Origin: an uncultured bacterium
GTDB taxonomy: Bacteria; Cyanobacteriota; Vampirovibrionia; Gastranaerophilales; Gastranaerophilaceae
DNA length: 64,000 bases
Assembly: GCA_949296245.1 (NCBI GenBank)
Contig: CASFNW010000002.1
Span: 48,454-112,453, forward strand
Direction: 5' to 3'
Both the position numbers and the translations under genes were made by a program. The notes under the pieces were generated by a model. It made no database searches. It saw only the letters and a program-made list of their open reading frames with translations, and was not told where the DNA came from. Positions 26,797 to 35,231 of the stretch are shown in pieces. Position 1 is the first letter of the stretch. Each line of letters starts with the position of its first letter.

Positions 26797-28198
26797 TATT
26801 TGTCTGTTCTTTCTTTCCGTGTCGACGGTACATTGTTTTTGCAATTTCATCTTGCGGTTTATGCTTTTCTGCTTCTGTAAATTCTTGTAATCTCTTTGTT
26901 CTTGCAGCTTTTGCTTTTCTTATATCAAGTTTAGATGTATCTATAATAATTTGTCCCTCGGATTCAAGTCCCAATGGCATTTTTATATCGTTTGGCCAGG
27001 TATCGTATTCTGACAGAATACCTTTATTGATGAAATCTATGATTTCATCAATTTGTTTCTGTGTATTTTCCTGCATTTGCGGATTTTTATCGATGATTTC
27101 CGAATAGCTGTCAGTTTTTCTTTCGTGGTTGCATTTTCCGCACAGATTAAGATAATTTTTCTTGATACTTTGACCTTCATCTCCTTTTCTGTGTTCTGGT
27201 TTGACATGGTCGTTTGTATTTCGAAGTCTTTCTATAAGAATTTTATGGATTGCATTTTCACTTTTTCTGGAGTATTTGACCATAAATGCGTTTACATCAT
27301 TTTTTGAGTCAGGCAGCTTTTCCAGTCTTCTCATTATTAGTTTAGCAATTTCTTTGTCATTAGCGTTGTCTATATCTTTAAATGCTTTTTGGAATTTTTC
27401 AATAACTCTTGTTCTTTTATGCATAATATCCATACTTTCCGTATTGAATATTCTAAAAGATTCGTTTAATGCTGTTTCTGCTTTTGGAGCACATTCCGGA
27501 CTTAGCTGCTGTATAAGTGGGGTTACTTTTTTTAGTCTTGAATTCTGTTTTTTCTGAAGTTTTGCTAAATAGTGTTCTTTTATTTCAGGCTTATTTAAAA
27601 TATTGTGTATAGTTTCTGCAGGGTACAGTTTTGATAATAGTTTTAAATCCTGCAAAATAGCAGCTTCAGTTTTTTGAAAGTCAGGATGTAGTTTGTCAAT
27701 TTCATCAACAATATATTGTGAACTGTGGCTGACTCTTTTGCATCTGGTTTTTAATTCTTCTATAGCTGTTATTTGTTCTTTATTCGCTTTTTTTATATAT
27801 TCCTGCAGTTTAGGAGTTTTAATAAGCTCCTCAATATTTAAATTCGGATTCTGTGCCGCTTCTCTTGTTATAAATGTATATACTTTTTGCATTGTTGGCG
27901 ATTGCTCTTTTATTTGAAAGTTTTGCTCATGCGACAACCTTTTTAGCGCGGTATGTGCGGGAAAGTATATTTTTTTATTTATAAAATCATTAACGGTACT
28001 GTTTTTTAGCATTAATTTACCACACCCTGCACAGTGCAAGTCCAGTTCTCTTGTATCGTTAATAAACGGTGTATTGTCGTTTTTATTTCGTTTAAAAGAG
28101 ACAGTATCTTGTGACCGGTAATGTCTGGCAGCAGATGTTATTTTATTTGTTTGTGCTGATATATTTATTATTGGATTTATAATTGGTATTATTTTCAT
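26783..28198 (-). CDS. Hypothetical Lys-rich helical protein with C-terminal HNH-type (beta-beta-alpha-Me) nuclease motif
   Basis: 471 aa. NDHVKPEHRKGDEGQSIKKNYLNLCGKCNHERK fits DH..P...G...N....C..CN..K of HNH endonucleases. A lone CAGC pair lies about 270 aa upstream. The 3' end overlaps the convergent ORF 26119-26796 by 14 nt. Confidence 0.55.
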   Translation of the reverse strand: MKIIPIINPIINISAQTNKITSAARHYRSQDTVSFKRNKNDNTPFINDTRELDLHCAGCGKLMLKNSTVNDFINKKIYFPAHTALKRLSHEQNFQIKEQSPTMQKVYTFITREAAQNPNLNIEELIKTPKLQEYIKKANKEQITAIEELKTRCKRVSHSSQYIVDEIDKLHPDFQKTEAAILQDLKLLSKLYPAETIHNILNKPEIKEHYLAKLQKKQNSRLKKVTPLIQQLSPECAPKAETALNESFRIFNTESMDIMHKRTRVIEKFQKAFKDIDNANDKEIAKLIMRRLEKLPDSKNDVNAFMVKYSRKSENAIHKILIERLRNTNDHVKPEHRKGDEGQSIKKNYLNLCGKCNHERKTDSYSEIIDKNPQMQENTQKQIDEIIDFINKGILSEYDTWPNDIKMPLGLESEGQIIIDTSKLDIRKAKAARTKRLQEFTEAEKHKPQDEIAKTMYRRHGKKEQTNITQQ

Positions 28199-28250
28199 AT
28201 TAAATTAAGTATCGTGATAAAAAATTTTTGTTATTTATATTTTTTTCTAC

Positions 28251-28279
28251 AAAAAGGATGCGTAGTGAGCATCCTTTTT
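28251..28279 (-). terminator. Rho-independent terminator after the activase gene
   Basis: GGATGC (28256-28261) / GCATCC (28269-28274) flanked by A5 and T5 runs. Located 7 nt past the stop of 28286-29290 on the minus strand. Confidence 0.7.
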
Positions 28280-28285
28280 GTAAAT

Positions 28286-29290
28286 CTATGATATATCCCA
28301 TCTTCCGCAGGTGCCGCCCCATCTCGCGATGATGTTGCCTTTGATATCTTTAATATCTTTGGGGTGTACTTGCGGCATTTCACCTTCAACAATAGTAATA
28401 ACTTCACAATTGTTTGAGCAGCCGGTACATTGATTTGTAATAGAATTAAAATGCATATTGCCGACTTCCCAGCCTTTGAATTTTGTGGGATTTTCCGTAT
28501 ATTGATGATTTTCCATTGCAAGTAATGCTGCACCTATTGCACCCATTGTCTGGTGATTTTCCGGTACTACTACTTTGGTTCCAAGCGCTTCTTCAAAAGC
28601 TTTAACCATACCGGAGTTTGTCGCAACACCACCCTGGAAAGATACTGTCGGCAGCAACTCCTTACCGAGGGCAAGATTGCTAAGGTAGTTTCTTACAAGT
28701 GCCTGACAAAGACCGTATAAAAGATCTTCGACAGGATAACCGAGCTGCTGTTTATGTATAAGGTCACTTTCAGCAAAAACTCCGCATCTGCCTGCAATTC
28801 TGGCGGGATTTGTTGATTTCAGAGCAGTTTCACCGAATTGAGCAATTGGTACATTGAGTCTGTTAGCCTGCTGGTCAAGAAAGCTTCCGGTACCTGCAGC
28901 GCATACGGTATTCATTGCAAAATCTGTAACAATACCGTCTCTTAATATAATGATTTTGCTGTCCTGTCCGCCTATTTCAAGAATAGTCTGAACACCAGGA
29001 ACATAGGTGCTTGCCGCAACTGCGTGAGCAGTAATTTCGTTTTTTATAACATCAGCACCGACAAGTGCACCTGCAAGATTTCTTCCGCTGCCTGTTGTAC
29101 CAACACCCTGAATATTATATTCACACAAGGCTTTTTTTAGAAGTTCTCTCATACCCTCTTGAACTGCGAGAACAGGTTTACCTGCAGTTCTTAACATATA
29201 GCTGTCAACATATTTGCCTGATTCATCAACCAGTGCAAGTTTTGTTGTTACTGAACCTACATCAATCCCTAAATATACATTTAATGACAT
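28286..29290 (-). CDS. BadF/BadG/BcrA/BcrD-type ATPase (2-hydroxyacyl-CoA dehydratase activator-like) with Cys-rich C-terminal extension
   Basis: 334 aa. YLGIDVGSVTTKLALVD phosphate-1 motif, TGSGR, EIGGQDSK and NTVCAAGTGSFLD (cluster-bridging Cys region) typical of HgdC/YjiL activases. An extra C-terminal CTGCSNNC...GGTCGRW follows. Confidence 0.8.
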   Translation of the reverse strand: MSLNVYLGIDVGSVTTKLALVDESGKYVDSYMLRTAGKPVLAVQEGMRELLKKALCEYNIQGVGTTGSGRNLAGALVGADVIKNEITAHAVAASTYVPGVQTILEIGGQDSKIIILRDGIVTDFAMNTVCAAGTGSFLDQQANRLNVPIAQFGETALKSTNPARIAGRCGVFAESDLIHKQQLGYPVEDLLYGLCQALVRNYLSNLALGKELLPTVSFQGGVATNSGMVKAFEEALGTKVVVPENHQTMGAIGAALLAMENHQYTENPTKFKGWEVGNMHFNSITNQCTGCSNNCEVITIVEGEMPQVHPKDIKDIKGNIIARWGGTCGRWDIS

Positions 29291-29415
29291 ATTAACCTCA
29301 CTCTTTTCTTTTTATAGTAAATAAAACACACAGTAAGTTCAAACTTTATTTTTATTAATATTGGCTCTATAATAGTTTTATTGTTTCTGTGCAATTAATA
29401 CAAAAGGGGAGTCTT

Positions 29416-30009
29416 ATGGATTTTTCAAAAGGTGTCTTATTTGATCCGGGGTATTCAAAGTATACGCTTCCTTTTTCATCAAATATAGACGCAGCATACA
29501 ATATGTTGTTTACAATAAAATCTCCTCATCAGAGAAAATTTAAATTTCAGATGCTCTATCCTCAGCTTTTAAAGCTTCTGGAGCATACTGTTTCTTTTTA
29601 TCTCGGGTGTTTGTTGTGGGCGTCTTTTATTTCCAATAATTTTGCAGATAATCCGAAAGATATTCTGGAAAATTCTTATATCGGAAAAATTGTAAAAGAA
29701 GATGAAATGCTTTTTGAAGTTAATTATGCAATCAGTTATATAGAGAAGCTTAAAAAAGATTGTAAATATTATCTTGGCAAAAATTGTAATATTCCGGAAG
29801 ATTGGACAAAAATTCTGTCTGTTTATAAGGATTTTTTGACTTTAAACGAGTTTTTGATAAATGCCCAAACAACTGCAGACATAAAATTGCCGCCAATCTT
29901 GATAAAACCTTCTCAGGAAGATTTAAATGCTATTCTGGGTATAATAGAGTCTGTTGTGTCTTCCGGAAATCTGCCGGAGTTGTTTAACGCTCAAAAATTT
30001 ATTTTGTAA
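29416..30009 (+). CDS. Hypothetical protein
   Basis: The ORF track starts at GTG 29389. ATG 29416 is preceded by AGGGGAG at proper spacing. I recognise no motifs. Confidence 0.55.
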   Translation: MDFSKGVLFDPGYSKYTLPFSSNIDAAYNMLFTIKSPHQRKFKFQMLYPQLLKLLEHTVSFYLGCLLWASFISNNFADNPKDILENSYIGKIVKEDEMLFEVNYAISYIEKLKKDCKYYLGKNCNIPEDWTKILSVYKDFLTLNEFLINAQTTADIKLPPILIKPSQEDLNAILGIIESVVSSGNLPELFNAQKFIL

Positions 30010-30240
30010 TTTTTCTCGGACAAATTTTCTTGCATAATAAATATATCACTGTACTAAACTGTCACTGAATTATGTAATATATACAAAATGACGTAGTTTT
30101 TGAAAATTTTTGATGGAATTTGCTATATAAATCTCTAATATTTATACTTTTTTCTGTTTTATTCTGTTGTCCTTTGAGCTAAAATATTTATGACAAAATG
30201 TTTTTACACGGGTATCGTTATTAAATAAAGGACATAAATT

Positions 30241-31062
30241 ATGTGGGATTATACGGAAAAAGTAATGGATCACTATAAAAATCCGAGAAATGTCGGAGAA
30301 ATAGAAAATCCCTCTGCCGTCGGCGAAGCAGGCTCTCTTGTTTGCGGTGATGCATTGAAATTATATTTAAAGGTAGATGATAACGGCGTAATAACAGACG
30401 CTAAATTTCAAACATTCGGATGCGGCTCTGCGGTTGCTTCTTCCAGTGTTTTGACAGAAATGCTAAAGGGTATGACTATTGAGGAAGCTGCTAAAATTAC
30501 AAATCAGCAGATAGCGGACGCATTAGGCGGGCTGCCGCCGCAAAAAATGCACTGTTCTGTTATGGGGCACGAAGCACTTGAAGCTGCAATTGCTAATTAT
30601 AAAGGTGAAGATGTTGCTGCACACTGTGATGAAAAAATCATCTGCACATGCTATCACGTATCGGAAAAAGTTATAAGAGAAGCTGTAGAAGAAAATAATC
30701 TTACAGATCTTGAGGATGTTATGAATTATACAAAAGCAGGCGGTGCCTGCGGTCAGTGCCACAGTGCAATTCAAAAAATTATTGATGAAATCAAAAATAA
30801 AAAAGAAAAAGTCGACATAAAAAACATGTCTACTACTCAGCTTGTTCTTAAAATTAATAATGTTATAGAGCAGCATATAGCTCCGGAACTCAGAAAAGAC
30901 GGCGGCGATATAGAGCTTGTGGATGTAAAAGACAATAAGGTGTTTGTATCTTTAAAAGGTATGTGTAAATCCTGCAAATTTTCTTCAAACACGTTAACAA
31001 ACTTTGTCGAAGCTTCATTAAAAGAGCATATTTCTCCTGATATTGAAGTTGTGGAGGTATAA
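30241..31062 (+). CDS. nifU: Full-length NifU Fe-S cluster scaffold (IscU-like N-domain, BFD-like 2Fe-2S, Nfu C-domain)
   Basis: 273 aa. VCGDALKLYL, FGCGSAVASS and HCSVMG (three scaffold Cys). Central CTCYHVS...CGQCH. C-terminal GGDIELVDV...GMCKSC. Confidence 0.9.
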   Translation: MWDYTEKVMDHYKNPRNVGEIENPSAVGEAGSLVCGDALKLYLKVDDNGVITDAKFQTFGCGSAVASSSVLTEMLKGMTIEEAAKITNQQIADALGGLPPQKMHCSVMGHEALEAAIANYKGEDVAAHCDEKIICTCYHVSEKVIREAVEENNLTDLEDVMNYTKAGGACGQCHSAIQKIIDEIKNKKEKVDIKNMSTTQLVLKINNVIEQHIAPELRKDGGDIELVDVKDNKVFVSLKGMCKSCKFSSNTLTNFVEASLKEHISPDIEVVEV

Positions 31063-31064
31063 AA

Positions 31065-32267
31065 ATGACGCAAAAAGTTGTTTATCTGGATAATAATGCC
31101 ACAACAATGGTTGATCCTAAAGTTTTTGATGCTATGAAACCGTATTTTTGTGAATTATACGGCAATCCGTCAAGTATGCACAGGTTTGGCGGACAGGTTA
31201 TGCATGCCGTAGACAAGGCCAGAGAACAGGTGAAAGAATTTTTTGGTGCAAAGGATGCCAAAGAAATTATTTTTACAGGTTCGGGCTCAGAAGGCGATAA
31301 TATGGCAATTAGAGGTATACTTGAAGCCAATAAAAATAAAAAACATATTATTACAACAAAAATAGAACATCCGGCGGTATTGAACCTTTTTAAATATTTT
31401 GAAAAACAGGGCTATGATGTTACATATCTCGGTGTGGATTCAGTTGGAAATCTTGATTTAAATGAATTGAGCAATGCAGTCAATGAAGACACTGCGCTTG
31501 TCAGCATGATGTATGCAAATAATGAGACCGGTGTTATATTGCCTGTAGAAAAAGCAGCAAAAATAGTTAAACAAAAAAATCCTAAAACAAAAGTACATGT
31601 AGATGCTGTTCAGGCTGCCGGCAAAATTCCGTTTGATGTAAAAAATACGGATATCGACCTTATGTCTATAGCAGGTCATAAAATCCATGCACCAAAAGGC
31701 ATCGGCGCACTGTATATAAAAACCGGTACACTGCTTCCTGCTTTTATAATCGGCGGACATCAGGAAAGAGGAAAACGTGCCGGCACTGAGAATGTTCCTT
31801 ATATTGCTGCACTCGGCGAGGCCTGTGAAATTGCCCAAAAATCTCTTAATTATGAAATGCATGAGGTTAAAAGACTTAGAGACAAGCTGGAAAACGGTAT
31901 TTTAGAAAGAGTTTACAATGCAAAAGTGAACGGTTCTACAACAAACAGAGTGCCGAACACTACTAATATCGGGTTTCAGTATATAGAAGGGGAATTAATC
32001 CTTCTTCACCTGAGTGATTTAGGTATTTGTGCAAGTTCAGGAAGTGCCTGCACATCAGGGAGTCTTGAACCGAGTCATGTATTAAAATCTATGGGGGTTC
32101 CTTTTGAATCACTGCACGGAAGTATCAGATTCAGCCTCAGCCGATTTACAACAGAAGAAGAAATTGATTATGTGCTTAAAGTTCTGCCTGATGTAATATT
32201 TAAACTCAATAAAATTTCACCTTACCAGAAAGAGCTTAAAGCTTTAGAAGAGAAGTTTAGAAAGTGA
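31065..32267 (+). CDS. nifS: Cysteine desulfurase NifS (class V aminotransferase)
   Basis: 400 aa. Starts 3 nt after nifU. PLP-lysine region SIAGHKIHAPKGIGALY and active-site loop SSGSACTSG. Confidence 0.92.
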   Translation: MTQKVVYLDNNATTMVDPKVFDAMKPYFCELYGNPSSMHRFGGQVMHAVDKAREQVKEFFGAKDAKEIIFTGSGSEGDNMAIRGILEANKNKKHIITTKIEHPAVLNLFKYFEKQGYDVTYLGVDSVGNLDLNELSNAVNEDTALVSMMYANNETGVILPVEKAAKIVKQKNPKTKVHVDAVQAAGKIPFDVKNTDIDLMSIAGHKIHAPKGIGALYIKTGTLLPAFIIGGHQERGKRAGTENVPYIAALGEACEIAQKSLNYEMHEVKRLRDKLENGILERVYNAKVNGSTTNRVPNTTNIGFQYIEGELILLHLSDLGICASSGSACTSGSLEPSHVLKSMGVPFESLHGSIRFSLSRFTTEEEIDYVLKVLPDVIFKLNKISPYQKELKALEEKFRK

Positions 32268-32275
32268 ATTAAAAA

Positions 32276-32312
32276 AACAAAAACCCCTGAAATTAATTCA
32301 GGGGTTTTTGTT
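32276..32312. terminator. Bidirectional rho-independent terminator between nifS and speD
   Basis: CCCCTGAA (32284-32291) / TTCAGGGG (32297-32304) with an A-run upstream and a T-run downstream, between convergent genes. Confidence 0.85.
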
Positions 32313-32324
32313 TTATATAAAAAC

Positions 32325-32771
32325 TTAAAACTGTGTTGCTATTTCAAAAGGAGTTTCTGAAACATGAGAAGCAGCATCGATTTTGCCTCTTTTAAGTTCA
32401 GAAAAAGATGCTTTTGTAGAATTGAAAGCTTTTTTCAAAAATTCATAAGCAACTTTGGGGTCGCATTTGTCACCGCATGTGAATAAATCAACTGCTGCAT
32501 AACCGAGTTCCGGCCATGTGTGAATAGCAAGGTGACTTTCAGAGATAATAACCACACCGCTTACACCGTGCGGACTAAACATATGAAAACATTTTTGTAC
32601 AATTGTTGCACCGCATTCAAGTGCTGCATCAATCATAAGACTCTCAACTTTTTGTGCATTATTCAAAATATTTGGGTCGCATTCAAAAAATTCTGCCAAA
32701 ACATGCTGTCCGAGATACTTAGCGTTTGTATCAACATGATAAACATTCGGAACTGTCATAGATTTAGTCAA
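32325..32771 (-). CDS. speD: S-adenosylmethionine decarboxylase proenzyme (pyruvoyl, small bacterial class)
   Basis: 148 aa. ISESHLAIHTWPE self-cleavage motif and VDLFTCG motif. Confidence 0.9.
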   Translation of the reverse strand: MTKSMTVPNVYHVDTNAKYLGQHVLAEFFECDPNILNNAQKVESLMIDAALECGATIVQKCFHMFSPHGVSGVVIISESHLAIHTWPELGYAAVDLFTCGDKCDPKVAYEFLKKAFNSTKASFSELKRGKIDAASHVSETPFEIATQF

Positions 32772-32948
32772 TTCATTTATCTCCTTTTCTATTTGTACTG
32801 TTACCAGTGTAATTTTTACAATTAAAAATATATTACTATAAAAATTAAAAAAAATTAATTTTTGCGGCTTTTTGTATAATATCTTAAAATTTCTAAATAT
32901 TATAAATTATAATTCTATTTTTGTTATTATACAGATAGAGGAATCTGA

Positions 32949-33686
32949 ATGACATCAAAAGATAGAGGCATTATGAGTAAGATACTTGTTGTTGATGATG
33001 ATGAAGCGATAAATGAACTTGTAAAAATCAATCTTGAACTGTTAGGTTACGATGTGATAACAGCTTCTGACGGGATTCAGGGATTTACCCTCGCAAAACA
33101 AGAACTTCCTGATTTAATTGTTCTGGATGTAATGATGCCTGATGTTGACGGATATACAGTTGCCAAAAGGGTAAGAGAAAATACTTCCACAAAAGATATA
33201 CCAATTCTTATGCTGACAGCAATGGGGCAGCTTGAGGATAAAGTTAAGGGTTTTGATATAGGTGTAGACGATTATCTTGTAAAACCTTTTGAGATGGAAG
33301 AATTGCAGGTAAGAGTCAGGGCTCTTTTAAAAAGAGTCAATGCAATACCGGAGTCTCTTGCAACAAAAGAAATTCTGACAATAGGTGATATAACTCTGCT
33401 GCCTGAGATATACAGTGTAAAAATTCTTGATAAAACAGCAAAGCTTACTCCTATAGAATTTGATATTCTTAATCTGCTTGTACAAAATCATGACTGTATG
33501 GTTTCCTCTGCAAAATTACTGCATGATATCTGGGGGTACGGGCCTGAGGATGATGTTGAAACAATCAGGGTTCATATAAGACACCTGAGGACAAAGATAA
33601 AAAAGATATCAAACGGTAAAGAATACATAGAAACTATTTACGGCGGCGGATACAGATTGCTGCCTGAGGGTAAAGCTTCAAAATAG
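32949..33686 (+). CDS. OmpR-family response regulator (RpaB-like), no adjacent kinase
   Basis: Receiver domain (ILVVDDDE, DLIVLDVMMPDVDG, KPF) plus winged helix (IRVHIRHLRTKI...YGGGYRL). An alternative ATG at 32973 (MSKILVVDD) also has an AGAGG SD. Confidence 0.9.
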   Translation: MTSKDRGIMSKILVVDDDEAINELVKINLELLGYDVITASDGIQGFTLAKQELPDLIVLDVMMPDVDGYTVAKRVRENTSTKDIPILMLTAMGQLEDKVKGFDIGVDDYLVKPFEMEELQVRVRALLKRVNAIPESLATKEILTIGDITLLPEIYSVKILDKTAKLTPIEFDILNLLVQNHDCMVSSAKLLHDIWGYGPEDDVETIRVHIRHLRTKIKKISNGKEYIETIYGGGYRLLPEGKASK

Positions 33687-33792
33687 CTCTTTTTCTAAAC
33701 CTAAGTATTATTGATTAATTTTAAATTAAGCAGTTAAATATATATGAATATTATTTATTAAAAAAAACAGATATTAGCTGAAATAACAAAAT

Positions 33793-35064
33793 ATGTACAA
33801 AAAAGTTTTTCCGAAAGTCATATATTTTTTGATTATCATATTGATAAGCTTTGGCTTGTATCATTATATTTCCTTGCATAGTATTAAAAATACTCACAAT
33901 CCGGATTATGACAGCTCCTATCTTGTTAACAAGCAGGCTGCTGATCCGCGCCGTCTTTTTTTGAAATCCTGGAGAATAATTAAAACAAAATATTATGATC
34001 CTACTTTAAACGGTCAGGACTGGTCCAAATGGAACAGACGTTATGTTGACAAAATAAAAACAAAAGATGATGCTTATGTTGCGATTAATACTATGCTGGC
34101 AAGTCTTGATGATCCTTATTCAAAATTCATGAATCAGCAGGAATATGCCGAGCAAAATACCAGTATTGATGCAAGAATTGTCGGTATAGGCGTAAATATT
34201 ATGTCTGTGGATGGCAAAATTATTATTATCAGTGTTGTAGAAGATACTCCTGCGTTTATGGCGGGAATAAAAGCAGGCGATATCATTCTAAAAGTTGATA
34301 AAACCGATGTAAGCGGCAAAACAATAAGCGATGTTGCTTCTCTTATAAGAGGAGAAATGGGAACATCCGTAAACTTGGAACTTCTAAGAGACCGGAAAAA
34401 ATTGACGAAGGTTATTGGCAGAGATGAAATAAAAATAAAAAATATAAAAGCTTCTGTTGTTGATAAAAATATAGGATATATTCAAATAATCAGTTTTTTG
34501 AGTTCAGATATGACAACGGAATTTATCGATGCATTGAATAAAACACAAAATTGCGATGGTCTTATAATCGACTTGAGAGGCAATACAGGCGGTCTTATGC
34601 CGAATGCTGTTGTTATTGCTGATATGTTTTTGACACAGGGGCATATTGTAAGTGTTGTTGACAGGGACAATCAAAAATCTGATATAGATGCTCAGGCAAA
34701 ACCATATGCAATAAACAAACCGGTTGTTATTCTTATTGATGGGGCTACAGCAAGTGCCTCCGAAATTTTAAGCGGAGCATTGAAGGATAATCATAAGGCT
34801 ATTCTTGTGGGACAAAGAACCTTTGGAAAAGGTATGATTCAAAGGATATTCCCTCTTCCGAATCAAACAGGCATGAACCTTACAATTGCAAAATATTTAA
34901 CGCCGAAAGGTATTGATATAAATAAAAAAGGGATAACGCCTGATTATTCTGTCACTTATACGGAAAAAGACTTTATAAATAATAAAGACCCTCAAATGGA
35001 TGAGGCTAAAAAAATTATTAAAAAACTTATAAAAAGCAGGCGTGAGATAGCCAAAGCAGGCTAA
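33793..35064 (+). CDS. ctpA: Carboxyl-terminal processing protease (S41) with PDZ domain
   Basis: N-terminal TM, PDZ (GIKAGDIILKVD), and S41 motifs DLRGNTGG, GATASASEIL and TFGKG. Confidence 0.9.
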   Translation: MYKKVFPKVIYFLIIILISFGLYHYISLHSIKNTHNPDYDSSYLVNKQAADPRRLFLKSWRIIKTKYYDPTLNGQDWSKWNRRYVDKIKTKDDAYVAINTMLASLDDPYSKFMNQQEYAEQNTSIDARIVGIGVNIMSVDGKIIIISVVEDTPAFMAGIKAGDIILKVDKTDVSGKTISDVASLIRGEMGTSVNLELLRDRKKLTKVIGRDEIKIKNIKASVVDKNIGYIQIISFLSSDMTTEFIDALNKTQNCDGLIIDLRGNTGGLMPNAVVIADMFLTQGHIVSVVDRDNQKSDIDAQAKPYAINKPVVILIDGATASASEILSGALKDNHKAILVGQRTFGKGMIQRIFPLPNQTGMNLTIAKYLTPKGIDINKKGITPDYSVTYTEKDFINNKDPQMDEAKKIIKKLIKSRREIAKAG

Positions 35065-35066
35065 GC

Positions 35067-35100
35067 AGATTTATTAATATTAATAAATCTTTACAATGTT
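35067..35100 (+). terminator. Possible AT-rich terminator hairpin after ctpA
   Basis: Perfect 24-nt palindrome AGATTTATTAATATTAATAAATCT (35067-35090) 3 nt after the stop, followed by a T-rich tail. The stem is AT-only, so it is weak. Confidence 0.4.
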
Positions 35101-35231
35101 TTAAATCCCAGTAATAATTGCTGATAGCCTGGCATAGCAGTGAAAATATACGGAATTTTTTGCTAAAGACTTTTCGCACATATCCGATTCTATAAATATA
35201 TTAGTGAAGCAAAACAGGAAAGGATGTGCGT

